DNA from: a virus | Lineage: Duplodnaviria > Caudoviricetes | DNA: 61,441 bases | Reading direction: 5' to 3' (one strand) | IMG/VR virus record: IMGVR_UViG_3300020463_000022 | Span: 1-61,441 of that record | Shown here: positions 43,801-52,485 of the stretch, piece after piece | How the letters are laid out: every line of letters starts with the position of its first letter | Position numbering within the stretch: the stretch's first letter is position 1 | The notes under the pieces: model-generated | Database searches by the model: none | Told to the model about the DNA's origin: nothing | What the model saw: only the letters and a program-made list of their open reading frames with translations | Position numbers and translations under genes: made by a program

Positions 43801-44816
43801 TTTATAATACCGGTGCTGTTGCTATAAAAGAAATGAAAGACAGTAATCCAGAAATTAAAAAAATAGGGTCCAGAAGATTTTTTAATTTTATCAAAGCTAC
43901 ATCTAGCATTGGTGGCTTGCACTTTCTTTTAGGAAGCGCAGCATTTGCGGCGTTAGGCTTGTCTGGTGACGATGAAGAAGAAACTGAAGAAAAAAATGAC
44001 CCTCACTATGATTTACTTTTGCCTTTTTGGGATAAAAACGGGTCTATTGTTCCAACAAAAATTGAAAATGGTAAGCTATATTATGTAAGTATGAGCGCCT
44101 CTAACCCTTTTGGGCAAGCAGAAAAAGCTTTAAACGGACTTCTTAAGGGTAGAACTTACGAGCAATCTTTAATGGAATTTGCAACTGAACTTTTGAGTCC
44201 TTTTGTTAATGAGGATATTTTGGCAGACGCTGTTAAGCAAGTTTGGACTCAAGAAAATAATTATGGTCGTCCATTAATAAAAGAGGATCAGTACAGACAA
44301 ACTTTTTTTGGTGATTCAATTCTGCCGGGACAAGGCAAGAAAATTATAGACATGTTTTTTCCTTTAATCAAAGCTGCAGAGCCCGGATTTATTAGGTCTA
44401 CCCTTAAGATATGGGAAAGTAATGACAAGTTAAATGAGGTTGTGGGTCAATTTACTGGTTACAAAATCAGAGAAGTAGATTTAAAACAAGCAATAACATC
44501 AAGGGCTAATCAACTACAAAAAGAAATACAAGGAAAAGGATCTTTAACGGGCAAGCTCGATGATTATTACGATGGTAAAATTAGTCTTGAACAATACGCT
44601 GCCCCTATAAAAAACGCCAGGAGAGCAAAGCTTAAAGTTTATAAAACAATGGCAAGGCTTTACAGAGCAGGCATAAAATATGGATTAGACCCAAACACAG
44701 TTTATAATGCAATGAACGATGGTGGGGTGGGTATGTTTTATTTAGATCAAATAGAGTATGATGGAGAGGTTACAAGATTCACTGAGCCAAGAAATATGCC
44801 CCTTATAGATGATTAA
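37815..44816 (+). CDS. Large internal virion/polyvalent protein with zincin motif
   Basis: 2333 aa, VVLHEYGHVW...REE metallopeptidase-like domain. Last gene of the virion module. Confidence 0.7.
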   Translation: MNEEALLDLYEMAANDGYTGSLEAFSNLIKTNDEAVNDLFEMAQGDGYTDSIDDFKTLVGAVEQQKEGEDIGPIEITTQEALQKFLREAPGLLSDEDARGISAGIEAQRRFEEEKKLSEDLTEQKQDLLDDAQGGKSSYNSLKNMMKDIGQMDNRARMYFAMMEGDNQEVGMEALKMERENREDPYLPTYGPEDLKGLLDDGLQLDDIEVFLGTAVNALTGFGTSFVSSAGGAAVGTVVGGATGVVGGLPGIIGGAASGRVLGSKLGLATDMITREMISANKILARQKGITIEELVRRGEAEWLIPTTIGAIQGYIEKFQLGNLLGKTGAKTLSQYVSKFMNRSFSSGVQEVAQGVGSVINETIAAQGGQKNISTDTPGQLVDVFTNPETLKRLDNDFVNGVLGQATGKALYDGSRSLMDPQKVKDLFRNSFKNNPDDGSFDPNNPLNIFYLGKSDAEYEKQSDLVTKLLDIGDEKAKGNLSPEQLKALDVAQESVKEELEVIRQKVYRRMNKMSEDEINFLIPHQKETSDLKNALAVLENSDISEKLKPTQLETIQNRLNQLAIQKAKLLSAVDKRPDQSFSETFSIDGRQVTKEEFDAYTEQQKALGGGEFTLQFGEDKGTVVDAEGQTIGDFVFTPAEGPNDNAVNRALKQLGLTANQNDFLLNELDVELKTKGKSIKNLVDFGEQIIVQTKRQKPSSNIISINSGSLSLDPYTEDIYKSLVQKNFADKIVIPNSDGDYYYKVKPIEEIDNIIQEQNKKKTLTPEQKEINDTRKLLGKEPKFSVETDFDAEADINMDQVVEEMNNMAGETMLPSVPGQLTTNNKIDADNILSRFPNAKILSTNKKFAGIPGVFGVSDQLTTGSTKNLITGNRLFYQGGINFNNLPEFSKYAWAGANEQDALELKERAISVYQNNKQLFDRLWQQKKLPNGHIPYYIVKMGSEAIYSNEALYRTALDNISKTPERNKKAAYNALLNDPVVQSNDLYKDYVTKQKTLDNVYKNITELKLSQRPGLGKRIIYGSFNSTTPGTPNETKQAVVQLLKGRPQSERAFVNIASLNNQLTDPAIEGIPGDHLIGIMGVDVLGPSVDKINHKNYPFAIKGQVLGILEKPIHAAEVFPEMHANILVKQKKDKSGKLTTPVAAASQAVFPLGSVKNKTYIGAKMSSKMDNMKKLMGLLKITFPDVDLVDNAADFETALNQPNVKSYIKKGDVIYGFVQGKKIFVNPKYANSKVVLHEYGHVWLDFLKQNNPELLQVGYNLLEGSFDLEKYKLMYGDTDLAREELMVDLISSKGERIGDAATRSTFKNWLVGLWNYIKKLFKSFFNMTPDEIQNMTLDDFINGALSSMLSGERIRTQGLKNIKFSKKTPTNEIEELLDKGNTEVKIKKYIQDEYGFSIEETNSLYESVSGDYLKRKRKAEGLFFNEKGQDKFTDQLIKLQKFFDKKVHKKWFSQKGFNPKSFQTFTEYRRGAMEDQVKESIKNVKRLNKLIGKNEELRLQTDEVLRGRESDLINSAQNKNLFTLVKRLRQQIDMLTQSLIEEGVISDRLQVETLLKNMGSYLTRAYRLFDEDGFTPAAVIIEKARNFLRGLSAIQERAQEVAEQYGREYNEELESQVELEIDKILGKAIGGSIYPSVSRSGRKDLSILKKRGAIPKPIRELMGEYVDPGANYGRTIVRMTALLEQHKFLTRLRKAGMGVFFFEENDTQRRAAGATEKIEGGESMTPLAGLYADPLIAKEFNKGRFDITQWVRNGFRSVASTDKAGNEQTSSLAENYYKGVSFVKEAKTTLSPPTHGKNVIGNVFYMYLHGYTDSEAYFTALKANSQDLKQQLNIGGSETDATPEIIRKLTRLGVLNTEVQTSEIDKLADKMDKDEDFIPSLLDNRQKNFYNKTKGELSSDGTIRKGARTIYQAEDNYFKIVSFLIESKRYSKGLFKKPYEQLTVSEINQVDRTAAEVVKNILPNYNRIGVINDYMRVIPLYGTFISFQLEAHRTLYNTGAVAIKEMKDSNPEIKKIGSRRFFNFIKATSSIGGLHFLLGSAAFAALGLSGDDEEETEEKNDPHYDLLLPFWDKNGSIVPTKIENGKLYYVSMSASNPFGQAEKALNGLLKGRTYEQSLMEFATELLSPFVNEDILADAVKQVWTQENNYGRPLIKEDQYRQTFFGDSILPGQGKKIIDMFFPLIKAAEPGFIRSTLKIWESNDKLNEVVGQFTGYKIREVDLKQAITSRANQLQKEIQGKGSLTGKLDDYYDGKISLEQYAAPIKNARRAKLKVYKTMARLYRAGIKYGLDPNTVYNAMNDGGVGMFYLDQIEYDGEVTRFTEPRNMPLIDD

Positions 44817-44953
44817 AAATTCTACTTGAAAAATGACAAACCGTTAAATTAAATTGGTTATTTTGTCAAACTCATAATAATTTTTTTCTTTCAAATAAAG
44901 AGTAAAATAACATTCATTTATGGATTAATTTTGTGCAATAAATCATATCAACT

Positions 44954-45310
44954 ATGCCCTTATTGCGATCTTCATTTTTTCTTTTTTTGTTTTTAGTAAC
45001 AGCTATTTCCGCTCAACCTCTTAACAATAGTCTTGAGCAAAAAATATTAAACGCAATAGAAAGCGAAAACTACATCTTTATAGAAAACTTAATTAAAAGC
45101 AAAGAATTAAGCCCGCATGCTAGAATAAACGGAAAGCCATTAATAATCCATGCCGCTATTCATGACAAAGCAGAAATGATTTTGCTATTAGCAAATTATG
45201 GTGCGTTATTAATTGAACCTTTTTGTGATGAAGGCAAAGACATTATGGATTATGCTATAGAAAACAAATCAATACATGCACAAGCTCAACTAATAATTAT
45301 AAGGGCGTAA
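44954..45310 (+). CDS. Secreted ankyrin-repeat protein
   Basis: Signal peptide (..TAISA/QP), GKPLIIHAA...LLLANYGA...GKDIMDYA. TAATTTTG box at 44926-44933. Confidence 0.7.
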   Translation: MPLLRSSFFLFLFLVTAISAQPLNNSLEQKILNAIESENYIFIENLIKSKELSPHARINGKPLIIHAAIHDKAEMILLLANYGALLIEPFCDEGKDIMDYAIENKSIHAQAQLIIIRA

Positions 45311-45311
45311 G

Positions 45312-45770
45312 TTAAATGTAGCTTGTTTTCAAAAGCCTTACAACTTCATCACAATCTTTTTGATTTCTAGGCATAAACAAAGAGGCGTTTATGTTCTTGT
45401 CAATTAAATGTTTTTTAAATAGCTTCCATCTAAGAGGAAAAGCTTCGTTGGGATTCCCTTTGCACTCAATTATAAATCTGGGAGGGTCTTGTATATCTAT
45501 AAAGTCCGGAGTATACCTTATTGGCAATATATTTTTGTTGCCTTTATCTTGAAGTATTTTTTTCCCTTTAGTTTTTTCGTAACTTGACGCAGAAAAATTA
45601 AACCCAGGAACAACTTCAAATGTTTTCCCTTCGTACAATACTTTTATTTTTTGCTTCTCTAACGCTTTGTACATATATAGCTCTAACTTGGAAGCGAATT
45701 TATGTTGTTTATATGCTACTTTGGTACTCCTGGTGATCTGTCTAGATCTTTTCCTCCTCCTCGTCCTCAT
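45312..45770 (-). CDS. PD-(D/E)xK endonuclease (T7 endonuclease I-like)
   Basis: FASKLE...YE...YTPDF...IIECKG. Confidence 0.8.
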   Translation of the reverse strand: MRTRRRKRSRQITRSTKVAYKQHKFASKLELYMYKALEKQKIKVLYEGKTFEVVPGFNFSASSYEKTKGKKILQDKGNKNILPIRYTPDFIDIQDPPRFIIECKGNPNEAFPLRWKLFKKHLIDKNINASLFMPRNQKDCDEVVRLLKTSYI

Positions 45771-46206
45771 ATATACTGATTATTTCTTCAAGCCTAAGAA
45801 TACTTTCAAAATAGTATTTTGCATAACGCATGTCTGTTTCATAACAAACATAAGGATCAAGATTATTTGAAATAACAATTTCTTTTGTAATACAATTAAA
45901 CTTTTTATAACCCCCTATACCTTGATCGTATAGTAGAGTGCTTAGGCTCTCGTAAAATCCCTCATATTCTATAATGGACACAACGGCTTCTTTATCGGTA
46001 CAATTTAATCTTTTGGATTGCCAGAAAACCTCGTTTTCAGCCAAGCTGATAACGTTGACACCTGTCTTTTTATCCACATACACATAATGATAATCTTTTT
46101 CTATTTTTCCTGATGACATTAAACTAAGTATAGCAAAACTTATGTCTCTGTATTCGGCATCCGTGAGACCATTACTTATCACTATCCTGTTTAGATTCAG
46201 ATCCAT
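45742..46206 (-). CDS. Hypothetical protein
   Basis: 154-aa ORF overlapping its neighbours. Confidence 0.65.
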   Translation of the reverse strand: MDLNLNRIVISNGLTDAEYRDISFAILSLMSSGKIEKDYHYVYVDKKTGVNVISLAENEVFWQSKRLNCTDKEAVVSIIEYEGFYESLSTLLYDQGIGGYKKFNCITKEIVISNNLDPYVCYETDMRYAKYYFESILRLEEIISIYEDEEEEKI

Positions 46207-46480
46207 CTATCTCATCTATAGCTCTTTGTAAGTAAAGAGCCAAATCCATTGATTCTTCTTTAGCGTGTTGCAACCAATCTTTTAAAGATAGCTTATTTTC
46301 GTTTAAGGTTTTTCCATATTTATTAAGACCCTTAGCGCTTCTCATAAGCATCTCCGATCTTACTTTTCTAACAACACTATCTTTCTCTTGAAGACTTTTT
46401 AAATGATCACGAACAGTTGTATTTGTTGTCCAGTTGTCGTCTTCTTGTAAGTCAAAATACTTCTTTATACTGTCACTCAT
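46172..46480 (-). CDS. All-alpha NTP pyrophosphatase-like protein
   Basis: GLNKYG...WLQHAKEESMDLALYL (EExxD). Confidence 0.6.
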   Translation of the reverse strand: MSDSIKKYFDLQEDDNWTTNTTVRDHLKSLQEKDSVVRKVRSEMLMRSAKGLNKYGKTLNENKLSLKDWLQHAKEESMDLALYLQRAIDEIDGSESKQDSDK

Positions 46481-46596
46481 TCTTTAAAATTTTATTAAAT
46501 ATTTTAATTACACCCATTTCTAATATTCTACAGACGATGTAAAAAAGTAAACCTTGAAAAAATATATTGGTTAACATATACTGTAAAGTTACGAAA

Positions 46597-47757
46597 TTAA
46601 AATAGGTGAGTAAATCTTGCAATCTGTCCATTATCTTTAGAATGAACAAAACCTTCTATAGCCTTGGGCGAGTGTTGGTATCCATTTCTATGATGCCAGG
46701 AGTCTGCGCTAGATGGAGATCTCAGAGCCTCAACCGTTACTCCATGATAATCTTTTGATACTTTATGGTGTATGTGGTGTATGTAAACGTATCTGTGTTT
46801 TGTGTCACTCCACATTTTTTTTGATTCTTGTGCCATCAAAAGAGGTAGGTCTTGTTGTTTAGCACCATCTCCGTGGGTTGTACCTATTAAGCTTGTGCCA
46901 TATTTAAAATACTTCCTGTGAGCTATACTAACGTCAAAAGATATGTTCTTGCAAGTTCTATACCAAGACTTAATAGCGTCTGCCAAGAAAAAACCATTGG
47001 TATAATCATGATTTGATGGGTTATACATTACATGAACATCCGCAATCTTTACAAGTTTATCTAATATGTCTACATATAGTCTTTTGGCAATTAAGAAATT
47101 GTCGTACCACATACCATCGGTGTCTTGAGGTGTTCCAGAAGTAGTCACTCTTTTAGGCGTGTCGATGTGCAGAATGTCGTTACCGGCAACAAAAACTATT
47201 TTTTCGATATTAAATCCACTAGCCTTTTGCAATATTCCATCAACCCCCTCTTTTACCCTTTGTACCGCTATCTGTGTGTTATAATCTTCCCCAGTTTCAA
47301 ATGATGATGCTAGCTTCCCAACATGTATATCAGCAGGATCAATAACAAGTAGGCAAGGAAGAGAATAGTTTTGTCTCCTAATTTTTTCATACTTAAAGTT
47401 ATGATTTTTTATTGCGTCTATATGATCCTGTAACATTTCCTCAAATGTGGGTCCTGTTTCAGATGGTCTAAACTGTATAGACCAATGCTTATCTTTGTTC
47501 CATGCGATGCCTACATTATCAAAATTAATTCCTCTTTCATGACAGGCTTGTGCTAAAGCTGGGTTTGATTTTCTTTTTTTGGATTGGTGTATATGATACT
47601 TGACGGTGCCCCTTGTGTGATTTATTGTTCTTTCAGTTTCGTCTATAGATAAATCTCTATGAATTCTTTTTGCTATTTGTGTGGGGTTGTTAAAACCAGC
47701 ATTAACCAGTTGGTCTATTTTTTCTTTTATCTCTGATAACAATGTTTTTTTACTCAT
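46597..47757 (-). CDS. Calcineurin-like metallophosphoesterase
   Basis: ADIHVG, GNDILH, SNHD, THGD and HHIHH motifs. Confidence 0.85.
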   Translation of the reverse strand: MSKKTLLSEIKEKIDQLVNAGFNNPTQIAKRIHRDLSIDETERTINHTRGTVKYHIHQSKKRKSNPALAQACHERGINFDNVGIAWNKDKHWSIQFRPSETGPTFEEMLQDHIDAIKNHNFKYEKIRRQNYSLPCLLVIDPADIHVGKLASSFETGEDYNTQIAVQRVKEGVDGILQKASGFNIEKIVFVAGNDILHIDTPKRVTTSGTPQDTDGMWYDNFLIAKRLYVDILDKLVKIADVHVMYNPSNHDYTNGFFLADAIKSWYRTCKNISFDVSIAHRKYFKYGTSLIGTTHGDGAKQQDLPLLMAQESKKMWSDTKHRYVYIHHIHHKVSKDYHGVTVEALRSPSSADSWHHRNGYQHSPKAIEGFVHSKDNGQIARFTHLF

Positions 47758-47921
47758 GACTCTCTTAAGTCTTTCTTTAAATCTTTTAAGAAATCTATAA
47801 GATTATCAACTGCAGATATCGAAGAATTTTTTTGTGTTTCAAATAAAGCTTCGTAAACATCTACCACATGCTTCGAAAGCGACGAAACTACATAATTAAT
47901 GTAGACTACTCGCTGTATCAT
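47754..47921 (-). CDS. Small hypothetical protein (55 aa, not in ORF track)
   Basis: MIQRVVYINYVV...DLRES, with ATGA overlaps on both sides. Confidence 0.6.
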   Translation of the reverse strand: MIQRVVYINYVVSSLSKHVVDVYEALFETQKNSSISAVDNLIDFLKDLKKDLRES

Positions 47922-48202
47922 TTGTCTTGGTGAACCAAAAACAAGTCTCCAAGCTTTGGATCAATCTTTTTTATTGCACGATAAATCTTTCTAGATTCTT
48001 TTTTTACCTCCACCCTTTCGGTTTTAGTAGAACTTCTTCCAAGGTTCATATACAATTGAGCGTCCAAACATAGTAGTTTATCTAATATTTTATTGGGGTC
48101 TTTGTATTTTCTGTGCAATAAATCTATCTCAGAGTCTATATTAAACCCTACCTTCAACATTCTCTTATGTAATTGCTCAGGATAAACAGTGTCAAATTCC
48201 AT
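47918..48202 (-). CDS. Hypothetical protein
   Basis: 94 aa. TACCTTTG -7 box at 48207-48214 (-). Confidence 0.7.
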   Translation of the reverse strand: MEFDTVYPEQLHKRMLKVGFNIDSEIDLLHRKYKDPNKILDKLLCLDAQLYMNLGRSSTKTERVEVKKESRKIYRAIKKIDPKLGDLFLVHQDK

Positions 48203-48252
48203 ACATCAAAGGTAAAAAACGTTTATTAACAAAAAAATATATTTATTAACAA

Positions 48253-48525
48253 TTAAAACTTATAGTTTTTATATTTTTCGTGTAAATGTTGGTAGATAAT
48301 ATAAGTTTGACAATAATACTCGTAGTGATTATACACATTTGGAGATAAAGATTTTTTGCTTGGTTCTTTAACTTCGATCTTGAGTTTGTCTTTTCCAACT
48401 ACGACAGGTCCAACGATAATGTTATGATTTATACACCAAACCATAGCGTTGGTCTGTTCTTTTGATGGATAAAAAAAATCAGGATCTAGAGCCCCAGGGA
48501 ATCCCAACTTGTTTTTCCTCTTCAT
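48253..48525 (-). CDS. Hypothetical protein
   Basis: ATG at 48525 preferred; start uncertain. Confidence 0.55.
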   Translation of the reverse strand: MKRKNKLGFPGALDPDFFYPSKEQTNAMVWCINHNIIVGPVVVGKDKLKIEVKEPSKKSLSPNVYNHYEYYCQTYIIYQHLHEKYKNYKF

Positions 48526-50233
48526 AGCTTGAGTTAAGTCTGTGTGTAGGTGGCACGTTGTTTGCATAATATCTACCGCTTGGTGTGTGATATTTAAAAA
48601 TAACAGAAGAACCAATATCCCCTTGAAACTTCATCTTAACCTTTTGAACCAAAAACTCTACATCGTCTTTAGATCTTTCGTCGGTGTCATTAAAATATCT
48701 AAAGATGGTAAACCCATCGTGCGTTTGATTTCTAAAGTCTGCACTCCCTGAAACACTATAAAGGTCAGGGATCTGATATAAACCGTTTTCTTTCAAAACC
48801 ATTTTTTTTGGGTGTGCTATAAGAAATATAACAACATTGTGCATTTGAGCAAAAAGCGTGAGTTTTGTAAGTGTATTTCTTATATTTATAAGGTCGTTAG
48901 AGTTTGCTTTATCAAACTCAACTTTGTTAAAAGCATCTATAACAAATATATCGATACCATAAATAAACAATTGTTCTTTAAATTTATCAAAAAGCCAAGA
49001 CCATTTTGGAAACTCGCCCTGTTCAGGAGCAGTTAAATATATTTTTTCATTTGCCCAGTCTTTGTAATCACCGATTTCTTTTTTTGTGATTCTTTTATAA
49101 AAGTCAAGATCATTAAAAAAGTTACGTCCATAAAACTTTTCTATAAATCTAGTTTTATAAAGTTCCATAGGGCTATGCTCAGGAGAGAAAAATGATGCCT
49201 TCATATTATAGTCGTTCACTAAATTCATTACATACCATTCTACAAAGCTTGATTTCCCATGACTAGGAATACCAGTGGCGACACATAAGTGACCCCTCAT
49301 AACCGAAAAAACTTCTTTTAATTCTCCAAAACATGGGTGTTTAGGATAAATCGTTTCCGGCAAACCTTTATCATGAAGATTTAAAATATCATCATAAAGA
49401 TCGCTAACTGTAAATGTTCCACTAGCAGGATACTTTTTTGAGTTTTTACAGCTATTAATTAATACATCTTTTCCTTCAATAAGGTCAGCATTTGCGTCTT
49501 TGTTTTTAAAGACCACACGCTCACACCTATACCTGCCCAATCTTTGAGCAATCTTTTCGGAAACAAAATTGCCCTTGTCGTCATTGTCGGTACATATATA
49601 AAACTTATTGACGCTCTGAAGATATTTTTCAGTATTAATCCAAAAATCGTCAGAGTCATTTGCTCCGTTAGGCAAACTTATTACATTTTTGATCCCTGCC
49701 TCCACCATTGCTAAAACATCAAACTCACCCTCAACAATATAAATCTCCTCGGATCCTATTGCTGAATTAATATTATAAAAGGTTGCTTTTCCATCTTTTG
49801 ATTGGGTAAAAGCTTTTTTTGCTGACCTATATTTTTTATTAACCACTACATCGCCTTCAAAGTAATTAAAAACAACATTATTAACCTTTCTTTGATGCTG
49901 AGGTTGATAGTAAGTCTCTTCAGTAATATTCATCTTGGTTAACGTGGCTTGAGAAATTCCTCTGGACTCACAATATTTAACGCATTTACTAGAAAGATTA
50001 GTGTAGTTTCTCCAAGTTTGCGATGGCAATTTAAATGGTCTAATGCTTTCCGTAATTGATCTTTGATCTCTAATTGAAATTGCTTCACAGTAATGGCATT
50101 TTGCCACCCCTTTATCTATGTTGACAGATAAAGATTTTGTTTTTTTGTGATCACACACAGGACAATTAAGTTTTACTTGACCACTCCTTTTGTTTTTTAG
50201 ATTTATTTTGCTCCACTCAAATGTATTCATCAA
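48479..50233 (-). CDS. Primase-helicase (T7 gp4/Twinkle-like)
   Basis: Zn ribbon CPVC...CHYC, TOPRIM IVEGEFD and DNDDKG/KDAN, Walker A GIPSHGKS, VIDAFN, LIAHP, SVSGSADF. Confidence 0.93.
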   Translation of the reverse strand: MMNTFEWSKINLKNKRSGQVKLNCPVCDHKKTKSLSVNIDKGVAKCHYCEAISIRDQRSITESIRPFKLPSQTWRNYTNLSSKCVKYCESRGISQATLTKMNITEETYYQPQHQRKVNNVVFNYFEGDVVVNKKYRSAKKAFTQSKDGKATFYNINSAIGSEEIYIVEGEFDVLAMVEAGIKNVISLPNGANDSDDFWINTEKYLQSVNKFYICTDNDDKGNFVSEKIAQRLGRYRCERVVFKNKDANADLIEGKDVLINSCKNSKKYPASGTFTVSDLYDDILNLHDKGLPETIYPKHPCFGELKEVFSVMRGHLCVATGIPSHGKSSFVEWYVMNLVNDYNMKASFFSPEHSPMELYKTRFIEKFYGRNFFNDLDFYKRITKKEIGDYKDWANEKIYLTAPEQGEFPKWSWLFDKFKEQLFIYGIDIFVIDAFNKVEFDKANSNDLINIRNTLTKLTLFAQMHNVVIFLIAHPKKMVLKENGLYQIPDLYSVSGSADFRNQTHDGFTIFRYFNDTDERSKDDVEFLVQKVKMKFQGDIGSSVIFKYHTPSGRYYANNVPPTHRLNSSYEEEKQVGIPWGSRS

Positions 50234-50874
50234 AACGCTAACCTCCTTTTATTTGTTTTCTTAAAATTTATCTTTTTTACCAACCAATGCTTAAAATGTC
50301 TTTGGTAACCCGTTAAGGTGTTAGAGACATTTCCTTCGGTAATTTGCCTTACAAAAAATTCTTCAAACAACTCATCAATCTGCTGATCATTTAATTTGTA
50401 ATTTTCTTTGACAGCATTATATACTCTACCGCCATGATATTGAATTTTGAAATCCTCTATATCTATATTATTTTCATTATTATCATTATTATCATTCTTG
50501 TTTGTTGCCCTTGGATCGTCTTTTGATTGTCCCTGGTTTGCCCCTTGTTCGCCCTCTTTTATTTTTTCACTTTGGTAATCATCATATTTTACAATGGTTA
50601 CGAGAGTATTTTTGTTTGTCCCTTTTGTAACTATTGTTTGATCCTTTTTTAATTTATTTAATGCCAGGCGTACTTGCTTAATTGAAAGGTCAGTATAGAC
50701 AGATATTTTTCTGATAGATGTAATGTGTTGTCCCCTTAAAACCTTAGTGTCAAACACAATATTATCTTTATGATTTGCTCTTAAAAGAAGAAACAAAAAA
50801 ACCCTTAAAACATTGCCATCTGAAAAGTAATTCCACTCTAGCAGTTTTCTATTTATCTTGACGTAACCCTCCAC
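50230..50874 (-). CDS. Replication initiator (lambda O/replisome organiser-like)
   Basis: GYVKINRKL...FLFLLLRAN...RGQ..TS..KIS HTH, low-complexity linker, C-terminal HFKHWL. Confidence 0.75.
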   Translation of the reverse strand: MEGYVKINRKLLEWNYFSDGNVLRVFLFLLLRANHKDNIVFDTKVLRGQHITSIRKISVYTDLSIKQVRLALNKLKKDQTIVTKGTNKNTLVTIVKYDDYQSEKIKEGEQGANQGQSKDDPRATNKNDNNDNNENNIDIEDFKIQYHGGRVYNAVKENYKLNDQQIDELFEEFFVRQITEGNVSNTLTGYQRHFKHWLVKKINFKKTNKRRLAF

Positions 50875-51421
50875 TCAGTTCTTTGATTTTTTGTTTTAAT
50901 TTAATATTTTCAGATTTCAAATCAACCATTATCATAGTTTGTCTTCTAAACATGGTTTTAAAAAGCGAAGAAGAACGCTTGTACTTGATCATCTTTTCTG
51001 CTATGGACTCTTCCCTATGGTCATCGTCTAAAAAGCCATCTGTGGCTTTTATACGGCTTTCTATAGCATCATAGTAGGATTTAATCTGTGGGTCGTATAA
51101 TAAATATACATCCTCTAACTGTTTTAGACCGTGCAAAACTGTAGCATGATCTTTTGAGGATTTTATTTTTTTATAACCAACTTTTGATTTTCCCTCAAAC
51201 AACCCCCCTACGCTTTCAAGTGGCAGGGAGGTATATTTGTAAAGAAAATAATAATATAAAGACCTTCTCCATACTAAAGGTAGTCTTCTAGAATTAATAT
51301 TTTCCCATACATCATAGTCTGTAACTATGCTATCTATAATATTGACAACCGTATCAACGGTCAATTTGGTCTTTTTAGATTTTTGAAATCTACCGCCTCT
51401 ACAAAATTTATACTTCGACAT
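50849..51421 (-). CDS. DnaA C-terminal (domain IV)-like DNA-binding protein
   Basis: SRR..LV..R...Y...YTSLPLESVG...KDHATVLHG. Confidence 0.75.
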   Translation of the reverse strand: MSKYKFCRGGRFQKSKKTKLTVDTVVNIIDSIVTDYDVWENINSRRLPLVWRRSLYYYFLYKYTSLPLESVGGLFEGKSKVGYKKIKSSKDHATVLHGLKQLEDVYLLYDPQIKSYYDAIESRIKATDGFLDDDHREESIAEKMIKYKRSSSLFKTMFRRQTMIMVDLKSENIKLKQKIKELSGGLRQDK

Positions 51422-51766
51422 CTAAAATGGTAAATCGTCTGCGACTTCTTCTTTTTGCTTACTTGCTGTAGAATTATTGTCATCTTTTAGGTCTTTCATA
51501 AACCAGGCAACAATACTATTGAAGTGTTTTACATTGCCTTTTGGATCAGTCCATTCTCTTCCGTTTATATTAATTCCAACCCTAACTTCTTGTCCGACCT
51601 TAAATTTGTCTAGCAACTGACATTTGTCTTTGTGAAATTCAAGCTGAATGTGTTGCGGATAGTCTTTGTCGTGGTCAGTTACCAATACAAATACTCTTTT
51701 TTGAAAACCATTACTTCCAAAGCTTTTAGTTTCTTCGATTAATTTAATTTTACCTTCTAATTCCAT
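51422..51766 (-). CDS. DUF3127-like single-stranded DNA-binding protein
   Basis: MELEGKI...FQKR.FV...YPQ...INGREW...HFNSI, with an acidic DDLPF tail. Confidence 0.88.
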   Translation of the reverse strand: MELEGKIKLIEETKSFGSNGFQKRVFVLVTDHDKDYPQHIQLEFHKDKCQLLDKFKVGQEVRVGININGREWTDPKGNVKHFNSIVAWFMKDLKDDNNSTASKQKEEVADDLPF

Positions 51767-51771
51767 TTAAT

Positions 51772-52485
51772 TTATATTATAGTATTTACAATCTTTTGTC
51801 CTGCTATAACTGACAGGTCAGTTAAAAACTCTCTACAGAGTTTTATCTTTTCATAAAGTTTTTCAACATCCTCTTCGTTGTATTCTATATCGAAAGACTT
51901 TATTCTATGTTCAGTTTCTATGTCATTAAACTGAAGATTATTTGTGATTTCGTTTTCAATTTCCATAGGCACATCAATCATTCCTGCCTTCCAGGAGAAA
52001 CGTCTGATTTCATCCTGAATGAGTTCAATTGGTGTGTCGGTTAGGCAATATATAACTTTACATTTTTTAGTTCCTGTTAAATCCATGTAGCCCTGCATCT
52101 GCCAGTAGTAATCTTTGTTTGGCAAACTCTCTTCATACATAGGAAAAGTCTGTAAGTTCCAACTTGACTTTATATCAATCAGTTCGTCTGCGTAGATATC
52201 AGGAGTTCCTGAGAGGTAAGTATTGGCATAACTTTTTTCGTTTTTAATATACTTCTTACCAATAAAGGTATTAAGCATCTCTATTGAGTCGTCCTCAACT
52301 ACCTTACCTTTCTCTAAAAATTTGCTTTGTATTTCTTTTGATCTACCAAAATAGATTTCTTTGTGCAATTCTTTTAAATAGGTTTTTGTCGTAACTGACA
52401 AAGGGTCTTTTTTTGACCTTGCGTTTACCATAAGCTTTCCAAGTGATGAACATCTGAAAAGATATGAATCAAAGTTTTTCTTCAT
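51772..52485 (-). CDS. Lambda-exonuclease/YqaJ-like nuclease
   Basis: RCSSLG, GTPD, IDIKSS, YYWQMQGYM. Confidence 0.85.
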   Translation of the reverse strand: MKKNFDSYLFRCSSLGKLMVNARSKKDPLSVTTKTYLKELHKEIYFGRSKEIQSKFLEKGKVVEDDSIEMLNTFIGKKYIKNEKSYANTYLSGTPDIYADELIDIKSSWNLQTFPMYEESLPNKDYYWQMQGYMDLTGTKKCKVIYCLTDTPIELIQDEIRRFSWKAGMIDVPMEIENEITNNLQFNDIETEHRIKSFDIEYNEEDVEKLYEKIKLCREFLTDLSVIAGQKIVNTII

